From Massalongia carnosa (lineage: Eukaryota), in the NCBI GenBank assembly GCA_965645245.1, contig OZ287078.1, forward strand, positions 1,550,001 through 1,614,000: a stretch of DNA of 64,000 nt, in the 5' to 3' direction. The translations under genes were made by a program, and so were the position numbers. Shown here piece by piece: positions 38,281-55,737 of the stretch. Numbering within the stretch: the first letter of the stretch is position 1; each line of letters begins with the position of its first letter. The notes beneath the pieces are model-generated. The model ran no database searches. It saw only the letters and a list, made by a program, of their open reading frames with translations, and had not been told where the DNA came from.

Positions 38281-39634
38281 TCAGCCTTTACCTCGTAACG
38301 TTCCGTGAACTCCAAGGTTCCAAATCTTCGCTAGGATGTTTGCAATTAGGGCGTAAACAACGAGAACCACAAAAATCTGCCCGATTTCGTACCAATGTTC
38401 CAACCTCACCTCAGTTTCAATAAAGCCAGCACCTTGTTTGACATGGAAGCCACTGCTTCCATTAACGGCAGGCTCACGCTCGGAATCATAGCCTTCATCC
38501 GCGGGAAAGCGCCCATTTTGGATGTACTGCTCCAAAAGTTCCTCTTTCTCAAGCCACCGTTGCCGTAGCCATAGTTCGAACTTTTTAGGATCCTCGAGTG
38601 GTATGGAAGCGACAGAATACCTGCGCCAATACATATTCACAGACTTTGGAGGCCGGCCTTGCAAGTAAGTGGAACGGAGAGTGAAGTAATCTTGACCGTA
38701 GCCATCACGCCTGGAAACGGGTCATTATCTACCCGGAGGTAGTATAGTGGAGTGCTTACGGGATGCCTTCGTATGCCATGGTGCAGTCGTAAAGCCATTC
38801 TACCGTACCCTTCAACTCTTGCAAACAGTAGAGGAGCCCTGTACTTCGTGGGAGCAGCTGATGTTGCAGATCTTGCCAACCTTGCTTTTCGGCCCACTTC
38901 TTACTCCCCTTTCTCGTGTTCGCCGAGAGATTGGTGCCCTCAGGGAAGATCATCAACCACATAGGATCCAGGCCTTGGGAACCTGAAAGCGGACCCCCAT
39001 GTCGTGCCTTGAGCTTTTGCAAGCGGTGGCTAAGGCGGAACTTATCTTGAGCCCAATTCCGTGCCATGAAGACAAAGCCATAAAACATCATGCCCGGCCC
39101 AAGAATCGGAATATACTTTAGAGATTCCTTTAAAATAATATAGATATGGCCATGCATTTTGTTCGTATAAGCCACCCACCATAGATACAGCCAGTCAAAG
39201 TAAAGTTGATGGTTGGCAATCATGACGAGCCTCTCCGGAAACTTGGTCTGTAAAAGCCCCTCCTTAGTGCGTAGCAGTTGTCCTCGAACGCTTTCATCTC
39301 CACTGACTCGCACCACAACCGGGCTAAACCATTGGGTAAGAGTTGTCAAGAGTAAAGCAAACGACTGCTTTGTTAAAGCCATGTACGCGTAATAGTAATC
39401 TCGGTTGATGAAATACAACGGAGCTCCAGCATACTGAATGACGCCCATGCTCGTTATGCAAGCATTGAACCAAGATACCCACAGCAGCATCCTCAATACC
39501 TGAACCAAGCCGCCATGTTTTACCCGTCCCGCCGGATGAAGTTCAAGGGCATTTCCGGCAGTACCAGCGCTAAATTCTGGTAAAGGCTCTGGGACTGCCT
39601 GTGTTGATGAATACTTAACATCTTGCTCTGACAT
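38281..39634 (-). CDS. Lysophospholipid acyltransferase (Cst26/Psi1-LCLAT1-like); exons 39634-38760, 38710-38281
   Basis: NHQLYFDW (HxxxxD), LKESLKYIP, IFPEGT, LLPRSTG, Acyltransf_C region. Confidence 0.9.
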
Positions 39635-40173
39635 AACTCGATCTGAAGCTTTGATCAGCAGGTATGTCGACAAGACGAATATATCCCTAGCTCGAGACTC
39701 CCAAGTCGCATAGATATTTAGACAACACAGAGGTGCTCAACAAGGGCGAGGCGACGAAGCCCCCTTGAGTCGTTTCCCAGAGGGGTTTAGTGAATGGCCT
39801 TCATCAGATGAGTTAAAATATGTCTACTCAGTAGGCACGGAGGACAGGTAACACGTCACTGCCATCTGAGGGAAGGGCAAATTTATGCGGCACAGCTTCT
39901 GGCCACAGATGCACAGGAGGAGGTAAGGGGGAAAGGGGCTGGATACCTATCATATGGACATCTACTCTGTTTATAGTTGGTCAACTGTCAAGACTAGGCA
40001 GTCATGTCCAGATGCCGAGCTACCGAAGTGCCGACACGCTAGTTAGTATAGATTGGAGGGTAGCTTAAAACAGTTAGTTCGAGTAAGCTATCTTTCCAGA
40101 CTCCGGACTCCGGGGTGCTCCCAAAGATCCGTATCAACGTCGGCAAACTCCTCTCTCCACAGGAATAACAATC

Positions 40174-41380
40174 ATGACGGAAGACGATGTTTATCGTACG
40201 TCCACGCAGTATCGACTATGGTCATTTACACAGGATGCGCTCCAGTCCATGCGCTCTCAAACAAACTCTCTTGCAGCAGATGGCGTCAGAACCGCAATTC
40301 AAAGTCTGAATTCAAGCAGTGTCGATGGTTCGGAGACCAATTCTCGATCAAATATATCAAACGAGGTTGATTGTCTAACCGTGGAGGAGGAACAGAAGCT
40401 CGTAGGCTTCTACTGCATGCGCACCATGGAGTTCGCAGACTTTTGTGACTTTCCTACAAATGTCAAGGTAGATAGGTGTTAGGTTTGTAGAGCATCCGGT
40501 AACTAATAGAATATGGCAGGCAACAGCCGTACAATATCTCAAACGTTTCTATCTCTCCAACTCGCCAATGACTTACCACCCCAAAGAAATGATGCCTTCT
40601 GCCCTGTTCCTTGCCACAAAGACTGAGAACCACTACACGTCTCTTAAAAGCTTTGTTGCCAAGCTTCCTAAAACCACGGCGGAGGATGTCATTGCGCCAG
40701 AGTTTCTATTGACTCAGGGCCTTCGATTTACCTTCGATGTTCGACATCCTCATCGAGGGCTGGAAGGGGGTTTCATGGAGCTTCTGGCTATGGCAAATGG
40801 CAAAGGCCATGGCTCCTCGAACTCGTCTTCAGCAAGCCAGCTGCAAGAAGATATACTAAGCATTGATCCCGTCAAGGAAGGGAAGCCTAAGCCCAAGTCA
40901 TCCAAAGAATTGGTTCTCCGCATACAAAATGCTCACGGAAAGGCAAAAGATATACTAAAAACTTCTGCGCTTCTTACCGATGCTTATTTTCTGTATACTC
41001 CGTCACAGATCTGGTTCTCGTCGTTGTTCGCCGCGGATTTACCGTTGGCGAGATTTTACTTCCATACAAAATTTGCGTCTTTCTCTGAGTTGGGCGCGAA
41101 GATCTTAACAGCTCTGCAGGAATGCTGCGAGCTTCTTCAATCATCTATATCTGCCAAGCCCGGGGAATTTGAGATGAAGGAACTAACTCGGATCGACAAA
41201 AAGCTTTACAAATGCAGGAACCCTGAAAAGATTGATCTTGTTGGCATCAACAAGGCTCAGAAACGAGATGGTGAAGGCAACGAAGAAGATGGTTTAGATG
41301 AAAAGATTATCAAGAAAAGAAAATTGGAAAGAGAAAATTCAATGAAAGAGGCCGAGGCAATATTCGGGCCACCCTTGTAA
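40174..41380 (+). CDS. CCL1: Cyclin H (TFIIH kinase module cyclin); exons 40174-40467, 40520-41380
   Basis: EDDVYRTSTQYRLWSF, LTVEEE, ATAVQYLKRFYLSNSPMTYHPK, FLATKTEN, EFLLTQGLRFTFDVRHP, TDAYFLYTPSQIW. Confidence 0.92.
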
Positions 41381-44300
41381 GGTATGACACACCGAGATAG
41401 TTACTATCTATATTTACAAGGTTCAGGTAGAGCGCCAGAAGGATTAGACCAAAACCCCAAATGATCAGAGTTGCCAGCTCTTCAACTCCCAGAAGCTTGG
41501 ACATCCTCGTACTTAATCGCTGCAGAATTGGTTGATCAAAATGCCGCTTAAGCTGTGAATTCGACGCACACTGGCAAAGTTATGAGCTTCTCTTTAGCCA
41601 AAGGCGGCTAGTGTTATCATCCCCATCTACCTAGGGCACAGCAAGAGACAACGAGGATCTCATGATGTTCCTTTATGTTCTTCGGTCAGGCATCTCCATT
41701 ATGGGCCGATCTCTCGCCTCTTTTGCCTCTCGTCTGTATTCGGTAAGATTCTTGTTAGGTCCCAGCCAGTGAGAAAAGATTGGATAAGGCAAAGAGCCGT
41801 AATCATACTAGGTGGACCAATAGCAAACTGTCAAGGCAACGTTAGCGTGGCCTAGCTACACGCTGTCTCATTTGAAGAAAACTTATGATAGGACACCGAC
41901 TTCAATGTTTTCTTTTTCTTTCAAACTATTGAGACCCGCTCTTGTTCAGATACTGCGTCTACTACTCATTCCAGCTTCCACGTTTATTTACATTTAATAC
42001 GCTATTCGTAAAAGAGCCTTCGATTATGACGCTGCTGAAAGTATAGAAGATGCTGGTTCTAATGATAGCCATACTTTAGAGGCTTATGGCGCAACGAATC
42101 GCAAGGAGCTACATGAGGAGCTTATTCAGGGGAATGATATTGGACCTGAAGGGCATGTACCAGACAAAGCCTGACAATCACGGGCGATCGACAAGAGCTT
42201 ATGCGTTATAAAACGTGACATGGCGTGTGTTCTTGAGTTCTCTATGCATCCTTGCTCATTGCTAATGTTGTGATAGTAGTATTCAGGATCAACTGCGTAA
42301 AAATATTCAATGAAACCAGACTACTTTCGAAAGCCCAATTCCTCCCTAAAACCACAGGCCGATGCTCGTGCTCACCTAGAGTTAGTTGCAGAACAAGAAT
42401 GGCTCTGACAGCTGTGGGCCAGCAAGAAGATCAAGAATAAAGATGCTATTATATTCGTGCTTGCACTACTTTCGCCTCGCATCTGGAATTCCTCCTCTTA
42501 AGGTATCCTATTCCTTACCACACGAACTGCGTTAGACAAATATCAAAGCCCAATTCATATCTTTCTGGTCACATAACACAAAAAATTATCAATCTCATTA
42601 CGCCGCCGCCGCGGCGTATGGAGGAATTCCTTCTCCGCCCGGTCCGCTTTCCCAATACATCAGTTTTATTGGCGGCTGGTTTGGCTAAATTAGTCGATCA
42701 TACATATAATGAACATAAGAGAGACACGGTTACAACTTACCAAAGACGGCAAAAGCTAGTGGCGAGCAGGGAGCGAGCGAAGTTTGGGGATAGTACATGT
42801 GGAGACTTAGGGGTAGCACGTGTAGAGACGGTAATTAAAACAAAACTTTGTGGTTCTATTTACCTGCATGAAGTCAACACTTGATCTCCACGTTCTAGCT
42901 AGTCCGATCATAGGCCACTCCATCACATACCTTTCCTCAAGTTTAAAAAATTGTATCAAGAAACATTTGAATATGTTATATCCAAAACGTGAACAACTCC
43001 ATCTACTACCCTGTCTTCTCCACCTCCTTAATCAACAAGAAACACGCCAGAGGGGGGGAAAGCATCTCTCTCAACACACAACCTCTTCTTCCTTCCTTGC
43101 TATCGATCGCCTTCAACACTTCCATTATTTCGGCTACTTTCTTCTCCTCTCTCTCTTTCTTTGACACCTGCACCTGCATCTTTCGCTGTTCTCCCAACCC
43201 CCCTAATTAAGCCTCACCATCGCCTCTAAAGACCTCCGCCTTGACGACAGCGAGCTTGGCTTTTCGATGACTAGCATCGCTAATCTCCACCCGCCAGCAA
43301 TGGTCGAGGAGCTCCCGCTTATTAGAGACGGAGTCTCCAACGAATGCTGGCGGTAGTGGTAGTGGTGGAGGGAAGTCTAGATGGCGCCGGTTGGGGTTGT
43401 CGCCTTCCCCCCGTTCCCCCCGAGGGGCTTCTGCCGTCCAACACCAAAAACAAGAGGTTACCGGCAAAGATCCAGCCAGATATTTTCCCTCCCCTCCAAC
43501 GCCTGTTCTGGGGCAGAGTTACCCCCTTCCCCGAGAGCACTTAGGGCCGTGATGGCGATGCCCCGTTAAAATTAATTCGGTGGTGTTCAAATACTGGAAT
43601 AAGGAGAAGAGAAGAAGAAGAAAAAGAAGAAAAAGGGGCATAAATATCTATGTGATTTTTTTTTGGAGATTCTCTTCCCCCCTTATCATCATCATTACAG
43701 GTTTCGGAGTTTAGCATCAAAAGACCCTTTTTTATTTCTTTCATCTTGTTTACTCATTCACTCCCTCCACTGTTCATTATAGGGAAGGGGGTTCTCGGCA
43801 GAGCTGAGCGTCGGGAAAACAATAGCGAGAGAAGAGTTTTTTGCCCAACCATCAAATACCCAATTTATGTATATATGTGTGTATATGTTCAGTCGACACG
43901 ACGAAGCCCGCGAAGCACGAGTCAACAGAATGGTTACTACCTCGTCTCGTTTCTTTCTTGCATCATTCCCCCCCTCCCATTTTCTTCTCAAAATCCGTAC
44001 TAGATACTTACTCCCACCACTTCACTACTCGCTACTCAGTACTACTCCCGATCCTGTTAAAGCGCGTCCCATAACTGAATCCAAAAAAACGCCTCAACCA
44101 AACAAACCGAGTAAAAAAACAACAACAGAAGTTTAAATAGATGCCTCATCGTCGTTATACATTCGGCGTTCGGCACCAATAGAGCTGTTTTCTCTCAAAC
44201 TCATTCACTCACTCACTTCGGTAACCAAGTAAAGTTAATCACTCAAAACCAGCCACATGGTTAAGTCGACGGAGTTCTTTTCTCGCCTCGCCACTGCTGC

Positions 44301-45226
44301 CAGGGGCGATGATGATGAGCCGCTCTATACATACCTAGGAGTGCATCCCTCCCCCCTAAATAGCATAATTAGGCGCTAGCGAGGAAGCGGCAAAGGGGAG
44401 AGGGGGACTTACCCATTTGTAGATAGATGGATGGATGGAGATCATACATAAGTAATTCGATTTCTATATGAGGAAGATTCATAAATTTGTGAATCAATCC
44501 CATAACCAATCAATCACCCATCCACTCACCCTCACCCAGGTATAATAAGAAACCGCAAAGTTTCGTAAGATGCGAGCGACATAGAGTTAATGAGATCTGC
44601 CTGCATTCTGCGTTTGCATTCCGCCGAAGAGAAGAGACATGGGATTGCGGCGGGAAGGGGAATAGGCGTTTATACATCATAGAGAGGGAGGGACATTGAA
44701 GAGGAGGTAGAAAAAGCTGGAGAGCTGTGTAACTAGCTGAGGAGGGGTTTTCGAGGGATGAGCTGGGGGGGGGAGGGGGTGTGAAATCGAGCAATTAAGG
44801 TTTCAAGCAGAAAGAGACAGCCGTGGCCGATTACCAGTGAAAACAATGGAGATTAGGAGATTAGGCAAGGTCAAGTATAGAGCCATGAATCGAAGAGTTA
44901 TCGCTGCGCATGCATGCATGTATCCAGGTTGTTAGATTCATGGAGCTAGTTCGAAACTGTCACTCATCCGGTAAATCCCCGGAAGGGAGGGATACCAAAG
45001 GAGCTGGCTTGAGGAGTCTAGCAAATGATCAAATCTGATCAACTTTTTCTCTTTCCTAATCTTCCTTGACAAACAATAGCACCGTATATTTTCATATCCC
45101 GTCGTTATCGAGAGACATCCGAAGCCAACATCCCAATTTATGGTCGAAACATCACGAGAATAGAGAGCTCCGCTCCGACCACTTCAATCCTCCGATCGCC
45201 ATATTCTCTAGTGTCCCCTTCCCGGC

Positions 45227-48207
<2,981 letters not shown>

Positions 48208-48306
48208 TCTTGCTAGTCAAGGATATATGGTGACCAACTGGTTTGAAGGATTAGAGATGCGCCCATGGATTGGAGAAGAAGGTCGAGTGTGCGGAGTAAG
48301 GAAGTA

Positions 48307-48312
48307 TGACTC
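48307..48312. promoter_or_regulatory. Possible Gcn4/CpcA site (TGACTC) 100 bp upstream of homocitrate synthase
   Basis: ATGACTCT; amino-acid biosynthetic genes are typical cross-pathway-control targets, but a hexamer is weak evidence. Confidence 0.3.
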
Positions 48313-49083
48313 TACAAATTACATTGTGGAGAAGCATATCTTAGCGTCTTCTCGTACTTTGACTTAGTAATCTTCCCGATAACGGCGAACGAGACCTCTT
48401 TTGCCGTACGATATTCTTGAAAATAACTTTCCCAGGTGCGCTTGACTACCAAATTTAGCGAACCGAATGGATATATTTTTTCTCAAGAAATATCTCGACA
48501 AACAGACTCGTGATCATCGAACTAACAAGCGAGTTCTCGTTACTCTAGCACTCTAGTTACTCTAAGTTAGAGAGGCTTCCTTCGTGAGCGGTACTTCGTA
48601 CAGAGTCTCTTAAGTTAGAAAGGAAACCTCCGCCCTAATGCTAAGCCTAATGGAGACATCGCGCCCGCCGTCCCGTCTTCTCCTTCTCAGGTTCATGCCT
48701 AGTAAAGAGAAAAGAGTTGACAAAGTTAGAACAGGCAGATCTGTGCATAATAGTCACATAGACGGTTCTGTTCAATAGCTTCTCCCGGTTTCATTACGAG
48801 AGAAATGAAAGGCTGCTCAGTCCAGAGCGCCAGCCAAGAGAGTGTATATAACCAAATTTACCGCTGGAATATGTCCCTCCAAACCAGCATGCCATGCCCT
48901 AGCAGGCGGCAAATCCCTCTGGTTCAACCGTTCCGTGCCACATTACTAATTTCAGCCTGAGCCCCGACTAAAGAAAATCTATCTAAGCATCTTGTCTAAC
49001 GTCTATAATTCTCACTCGGTTCTTTTATGAATCCGGGATCCATATTGGCGTCAAGCGGCGGGAGACGTCCATTGATAGGAGAC

Positions 49084-49345
49084 CTATGCGGTGCTCGTGG
49101 GGAACGGGGGGGCGGTTGTAGTACCATTAGGATAATGATAGTATCGAGCAGCGATAACGGGGAGTGGGCCAGCCTCAACAGCACGCTGATAGTTCTCAGG
49201 GATGGGCCCGGCAATGATGGGGCTGGATGCTTGTTAGGCATAGCTCTCCTAGACTCCTATTTGTTGGCGCTTACCTCATGACGGACAGTAGGACAACCAG
49301 TACGGGAACGATAGCAGCCATTAGGAGGTTAGATCGAGGGGCCAT
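49084..49345 (-). CDS. Small putative secreted peptide, 69 aa, 2 exons (49345-49275, 49222-49084)
   Basis: 52-nt intron GTAAGC...CCTAAC...CCAG; product MAPRSNLLMAAIVPVLVVLLSVMSPIIAGPIPENYQRAVEAGPLPVIAARYYHYPNGTTTAPPFPTSTA; hydrophobic signal-like N-terminus; TATAAA about 165 bp upstream. Confidence 0.65.
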
Positions 49346-51342
49346 CTTAGAATGATGAATAAGGTTCTGGAAAAGAATGCTGGACGAAGAAGTCTGAGTA
49401 AGGAACCTGGGCTGGAATCTGGGCTGGAGGGCTTTGAACGAGAGGTGTCGATTGTGAAGCTGGATGAATGGAGGAATGAAGTCGAGGTAGAGGGCACAAT
49501 ACTGGATCTTTATAGATGAGTCCGCCGGAGCGGCCGCAAAACGTCATCTAGCTGGGAATGATAGAAGTGCAACACAATGTGCGCCATTTACTACCCCTGG
49601 ATCATGAATCAAAGGAATATCCCTCCTGGCGCAGCTGATGATCGTATCAAGACAGAGGCACTCCAACCCTTCTGCTGTGGTATCGATAAGATAGAATATT
49701 AAAGCAATGAGAATAGCATGCATACCTGCAGGCTGATATCCTTCTCTTGGCAAAAGACCGGGAATCCCGCCCCCAAGCTGGCGCGCCTATCCTCGGGGGA
49801 TCGGTCGGTGAATTTGAGCCTAAAAGCAGATTTTTCAAGAATGACTTGGATTGCCACGTGAAGAGCCAGTAAAAAGAGTCAAGCTAGGATGTTCTCCTTG
49901 TATCTGACCTTAATTGCATTCGTGAAAGCACGCAGGATATGCCCGGCGGAGGTGGATTGCTGCAAGGCGGTGGACTCAGCATATTCTAGCATAGTTAAGA
50001 ATCTAAGAAACTTTCGGCCCATGGGATTATGCTCTTCGCCGTTTATCAAACAAATCCAATGACGAACCCATGCAGGTCTTCGTTGCTATTGCACGGAGTC
50101 CAATTCGAAAATCCAGCTCAACTAACGTGGTTGCGAAGGTGTTCGTGGATGGTAGGCTGGCGCGCAGCCTCATTTGCACCTGCGTTTCGTTTCCTTATCT
50201 GCTAGCTGCAAGACAGAACAACAACGAACATGACGTAGAATACGCCGATATTGCCTAGCACACACTCCTTCACCTTATCGTATCGCAGCAAGCCACAGCA
50301 GGAGTCGCAGTTAGAGATTCAGATAAGAAGGTAGCACTGGATGAAGTAGAGATAACAGGACCACGCTTGGTCAGTTGTTGAAACCCCGATTTCAACAAAG
50401 AACGAAAACACCTTCTAAGAATATCATGATCGTCCCTTGTTCTTGGAAGCGAAGCATTTTCGAGACCGAGAATGCTGGCAAAAACCTCGTCTGCATACGG
50501 AGCAGAGCACAGAGCGTATCGGAGCTAAACGGGGGAAGCTGCATGGACTTAGTATTCATGCAGGGTACCCGGAATCCCTTGATGCAGCCTTGCCCCACAA
50601 TAAACCATGAAGCGATCCACACAAATCCAAAAGGATTACGGAGTAGATCGATAAGAAGAATGGCGCAAAGTGTCATCCTTGTGGGTAACCTTCTTTAGCA
50701 AAGACACTGGGACCACCTTAAAGAACACATACCTAAAGTAGATATCATCTCATGCTTTGCAGGACTAGATCACCTGCAGAGATCGACCTAAGTGCTTGGC
50801 CAAATGAGAAACGGGCTTCTTGTTGCTGATTTGGCTTTCTGCCTCTATCGATCAAACAATAGAAACTCCAATCGGATTCATCGTCATTCTGTCGACGTCA
50901 GAGCTTACTGATAACCTTTCTTCGTAGGCCATCAACCTAATTAGATGGACATTGAAAGCCGGAATAGGTCGCCTTCATGCAATATTACAGGGGGGGAAGT
51001 AAACTCTAGGACAACAAAACAAAGAGGCGTAAAATATCCTGATAGGAACAGGATTGATGATGGGCTAATGAAAGATGAGTCATGGCAAGATCCATTACCA
51101 AACAGTTTTTCTATCTCATCAAACAACATTAATCCAGTGTCTTGGATTCTTGAAGTCAGTCCCACACTGGATGCCGTCAAATCATCAAATTGGCAGTTAA
51201 TGGTGAAGACGCAGGTAAGCTAAAGTAAGAAATGGAAGGCAAAAACAAGGACTCCAAACAGCTTGCTACCTTCCCAATAACTTAAGCATCTTACACGAGC
51301 TTAATAATCTCGAACCAACAAACATATCGTCGAATTCTGAAG

Positions 51343-53604
51343 CTAGGTAGTATATCTAAACTTCGGGTGCCTGTGGCCTAGCAGGCTTTCATCACCTTCG
51401 GCAAGGAGGTAGTTACGCTCACCGTTTTCACGTTTGCGATTCTCTTGCTTCACGTATATGATGGTGGTAGTGGTGAGACATAAGGAAAGCACCAGCATGC
51501 CGGTGTTGATGGCATGCCCAGTCACGTATTTGGGTCTGAGTAAGATTAGCTAGACAAACGTAAAACAAAGACTTAAATCCTTACGAATCTTTCAACACAT
51601 AAGTGAAGGTTGCAATAAACGCAGAGCAATTGGCAACCGCAATCTGCAAGCCTATTCCTGTGGCTCTTGTGTAATGTGGGGCGAGATTATTTGCGAGCCT
51701 GTCAAAAAAATTATTGTTAGGCAGTTGCCCAAAGCATTGGCTAAGAGGAAGTACCAGCCCATGACAGTTGGTGCACTAGGAAAGACACCTGAAAACCCGA
51801 TCATCAGTCAAGATATTTGTCTTGGTGGTTCAGCTTAGTTTACTTGCCTGCAGCTATAAAGAACGTTCTGCGCCTTTGTTAGCCACGGCTTCCCAACCTG
51901 CATCAGATTTACCTTCGTACCCTCCGTAATGTACTGCGGGCCGTGCTGGTACGAGAAGTATAATATAACCAATGATTGCAAGCAAGCAGCAGACAAGCAT
52001 AACAGGGCCTCGGGCTTTGATTCTATCGGACACGAAAGTAGCAATTATCACTGCGAGAAACCCCACCATGTTGGGCGGCACTGTGAACAACTGTGCATGC
52101 ACATTGTTGTACCCAAATGTTTTGATAATGGTTGGGAGGAAAAGGGAAAACGAGTAGATTCTGTAATAGTCAATCATTTGCCCAACCAGTTCCCAGATTT
52201 TCTAGCTTACGGCGTAATAATTGCGAAGAAGTTAAGGCTAAGCAGTACTGTGTTGACATTCCAAAGTGCCATACGAACCTTCATGCCATTAGCAAATGAC
52301 GCAAAATAACTTGGTCTTACGCGTTTACCCAATGCCATGAAAAGTCCCCTTGGTTAATCTCCGACGTAATGCTAGTTCCGCGTGTGTCAAGCTTTAGACG
52401 ATTGAGCGCCATGCAGTGTTCTTCTTCTGTCAAGAACTTGGATTGGCTTGGCGTATCCGGGAGAAAAAACGCCGTCAAGATACCGAACAATATAGTCACA
52501 ATCTACGTTCATAATATCAGCATTAACCCTATCAATTTCGCTCTAGAAAGAAGAATTCTATCTCTGAAGTTGCATGCATATCAGTAAGGGCATAACAGGA
52601 CGAGAAGCGGACAGGCCCGAGCTGCTGCACAGGAGTTACTCACACCCTCCACTATAAAAATCCAGGGCCAGTCTAATGGTTGAGTTAGCGGGATTTTTAG
52701 AGGCACTCGATAACATTTACGATTGAAACCATTGAAACTGATTTCTGCAAGGCCAGTGGCCAGCAGCCCACCAAACGCACCACTTAAAGGAGCTGCACAG
52801 TAGAAAAGGCCCATTCGAAATAGGAGTTCGTGACGTTGATAAAACCTAGCAATTTATTAGATTGGCGGAAATACTAGTTGCCCAAGGCGTAAATTTACAT
52901 TGAAAGGTATAGAATCAACCCCCCTAGGAGGCCACCCTCGAAAAGGCCAAGCAAGAATCGACACGCAAGAAGACCACTTGGAGTTGTCAACTAATGTCTC
53001 GTGAGGTTATTTAGTCTAACATGGTAGTATACCCATAGCTCTTAGTAAATCCAGAACCTTCGTTGTTAGTGGCTATCAGGGAATGAATAGGACTATCGCA
53101 CTTACATAATCCTACAAGGCCCCATCCAACCATCAAACCAGGTAGATAACGTCCAGCGCCAAAATGCTGGATCAGTCAGCGTCCTCGCTATATTGTAGCC
53201 ATGGGATAGAATTGAAAACTTTTATGACCCAGTTGCTTGGCACATCGATCAAGATATATGGGATGTAGAAGACTGTCAATGCCTATAGTGTATCATTAAC
53301 ACAGTTTCCTGAGGTTATCATGGGTTAAGCCTACGATGTTGAATTTATTCCCAGTAAGCTTAAGATCTTTTGATAAGCCGTCGATTCTCGCGTTTCCGAT
53401 ATTACTTCTGTCGATGAAGGCCAAAAGCCACAACCCAAACAGCCATGGAATGAGGTACGTATCAAATTTACGCGTGATGGTTCGGTCAAGAACAGCATCA
53501 ATGTCAATATTTGTAACGTCCGCGTCAAGAGAAGTCTCAAGATGCTTAGAATCTTTTTCAATCTCCGACAAAGAAGAATTGAGTGGTAGAGATTTTGGAG
53601 TCAT
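51343..53604 (-). CDS. MFS transporter, anion:cation symporter family (Tna1/Dal5-like), multi-exon
   Basis: RKFDTYLIP..AFIDRSNIGNARIDG, PSNW, GAFGGLLA, WPWIFIVEG, FLPDTP..FLTEEE, FSLFLPTII, QLFTVPP, terminal HPKFRYTT. Confidence 0.9.
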
Positions 53605-54286
53605 CTCTAACCAAACTTAAACAGAACTAACAAGAGAAGGAGAAGGGAAGAAGTCAGTTCTTATGGGGGAAGTTGAACCATAGTGTGAGTTGAGTTTTGG
53701 ATCGCCACATTCCCCGCATGAATATATGCAATGTCACGTCGTGTGACACGCGACAACTAAAACCATGATGTTCTCGATTGGTCTTAGCAAAGAGGTACAG
53801 AATTGATCGAAGTATCCAACATTGAGACGGGAACTAAGCCGCTATACAATAGCTAGCCCAACTAACAAGTCATCTCAGTACTAGGTACCTGTGCCAGTTA
53901 CAGGACATCTCAAAGGATTATCTTTGCCAGGTATTTGATACAATGGTGTCTAAATGTGTTCCGATTAACTACAAAGAAAACAGAACAGTTTGTCATACAG
54001 CAACTTACAACAGTAGAAGTAAGCAAGTGAACATGCACGCAACTATAACCATCAGGTCAACATCAATTCAGGGACAGCTATTAGCTGAATTGTAAGAATA
54101 CAGCCTTTTCATAAAGGATTGTGTAGTATCAAACCCATCTCCTGCTAAACTGTACTCCGGTATCCCTTCAGGAGAGACGAAAATTCCATAACATGACGCC
54201 TTGCATACGAAATCCGGAATCTTAAGACACCGGTATATGTAACATGAACGTGTGAGAAGCGTGAACATGGAGTAAAACTCATTGAT

Positions 54287-55138
54287 TCAAGGCTCGCCCA
54301 ACAACCGCGCAGTTATATCTCCAATGTATGCCTCCTCCAGAGGGTAATCTTGTCCCTCGTTGGCATCAATACCAACGTAGTCAAAAGCAGCAACGACTCG
54401 CTCAAGGTCGAACCCCATGAGCACAAAGCGATCTACCATAATCGGACTATAACCACCATATCTGATGGCAAATGTTAGTTGGCTGCAATATAATCATTTG
54501 ACATGAGCGCTCACCGAGCAATACGCTCTACTTCTCGCTCCTCCGATGATTTTTCTTGTTTCTGGCTCTTAGAATCGGCCCTCGACCCTCCGCTACCTTC
54601 ACCTCTCTCCCGCTTCGGTGCTCCAGCATGCTTTACAGCCCATTCTTGAGCGACACGGTCAAACTCCTCGGGATTCTGCATCAGCATGCTAGCGACCTCG
54701 GCGTCCTGAGGGTCCTTTGGTTCGGGTGTGCTGAGCAAAGATTGTAAAGATAGTAGAGCTGATTTAATAGTGAGAACCGGAGACCAAGCAGTAGACAAGG
54801 TATCCAGGCAAATAGCACCCTAAATATGACGTATATCAGCCTCGCCCATTAATGCATTGGTTAGGGGTGATGCTTACTGTCTGACTACTGACGTTAGGAT
54901 GCCATACTTTGGTATCGAACTTCATTATTGGAGGTCGAAACGGGTACTCTCCAGGTATTCTAACATCAATGATATAGGTACCCCCTTCATATGGGGTACC
55001 TGGCGGACCTTTGAAGGAGCCCTTAAGATGTGTCAAATCCTCTCCATTTCCCAATGGATTGGCGGATATATTCGACAGGGAATCTGAATGAATATCGGCA
55101 ATCTCTTTCGCAATACGGCGTGTACGGTTGGAAGTCAT
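54287..55138 (-). CDS. UBC1: Ubiquitin-conjugating enzyme E2 with C-terminal UBA domain (Ubc1/E2-25K)
   Basis: RRIAKEIADI, GPPGTPYEGG, YPFRPP..FDTKVWHPNVSSQT|GAICLD, WSPVLTIKSAL, PEPKDPQDAEVA, UBA-like tail; 2 introns. Confidence 0.92.
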
Positions 55139-55737
55139 GTTTGGAAGCGATCTGTCCAAGGCTAAATTGCTTTTCCCAAGGCGGTGTGGCAATAAGTAAT
55201 CAAGGTTTCTTTCAAGTAAGACTTCGATACAGCAGCGTGGTGGAGCTTAATATTTTTCGCGAAGACAGATTCACAAGCAGAAGGTAGAGAATCTGGACGG
55301 AGAACTGTGCTTTGAAGGTATCGATTGAGAGGTGTAGCCTTGAGCTAGGTGAGTCTAGTAAATGTCGTGATCGTTGCTCGTAAGATCTATATGGCGTGAG
55401 CACAACGCATAGTAAGTGAATGCAGATACGGGCAAGAAGTTGAATGAGCTTGACGAAGAGGTTACCTAGTCAGTATTTTCTGATGGAGAGCAAAGATGTC
55501 CAGGAGCTATTGGATACCTTGTCCTTCCGGACAGGACCGGCAGAAAGTTATGAATAGCTTTGGGCGGTGAGATCTCCTTCCAGAATTATGTATGACCAGC
55601 AAGCAACCTATTTACTTTCTACCTATTACAAAAAACCAACAAACCCCAGCGTCATCAGGTCATCCATCAATACTTGAACTTGTGTCATCGCTTTTGGCCA
55701 GTATTCAGGCCACTCTAGATTAAAATCTACCTCAAAT

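Noticed and set aside
43006..43569. Short overlapping ORFs between cyclin H and homocitrate synthase
   Set aside because: No recognisable domain or consistent splice model.
55139..55737. Shared Rpn4/PACE site in the divergent UBC1-RPT2 promoter
   Set aside because: Only a partial GTGGCAA match; no full consensus.
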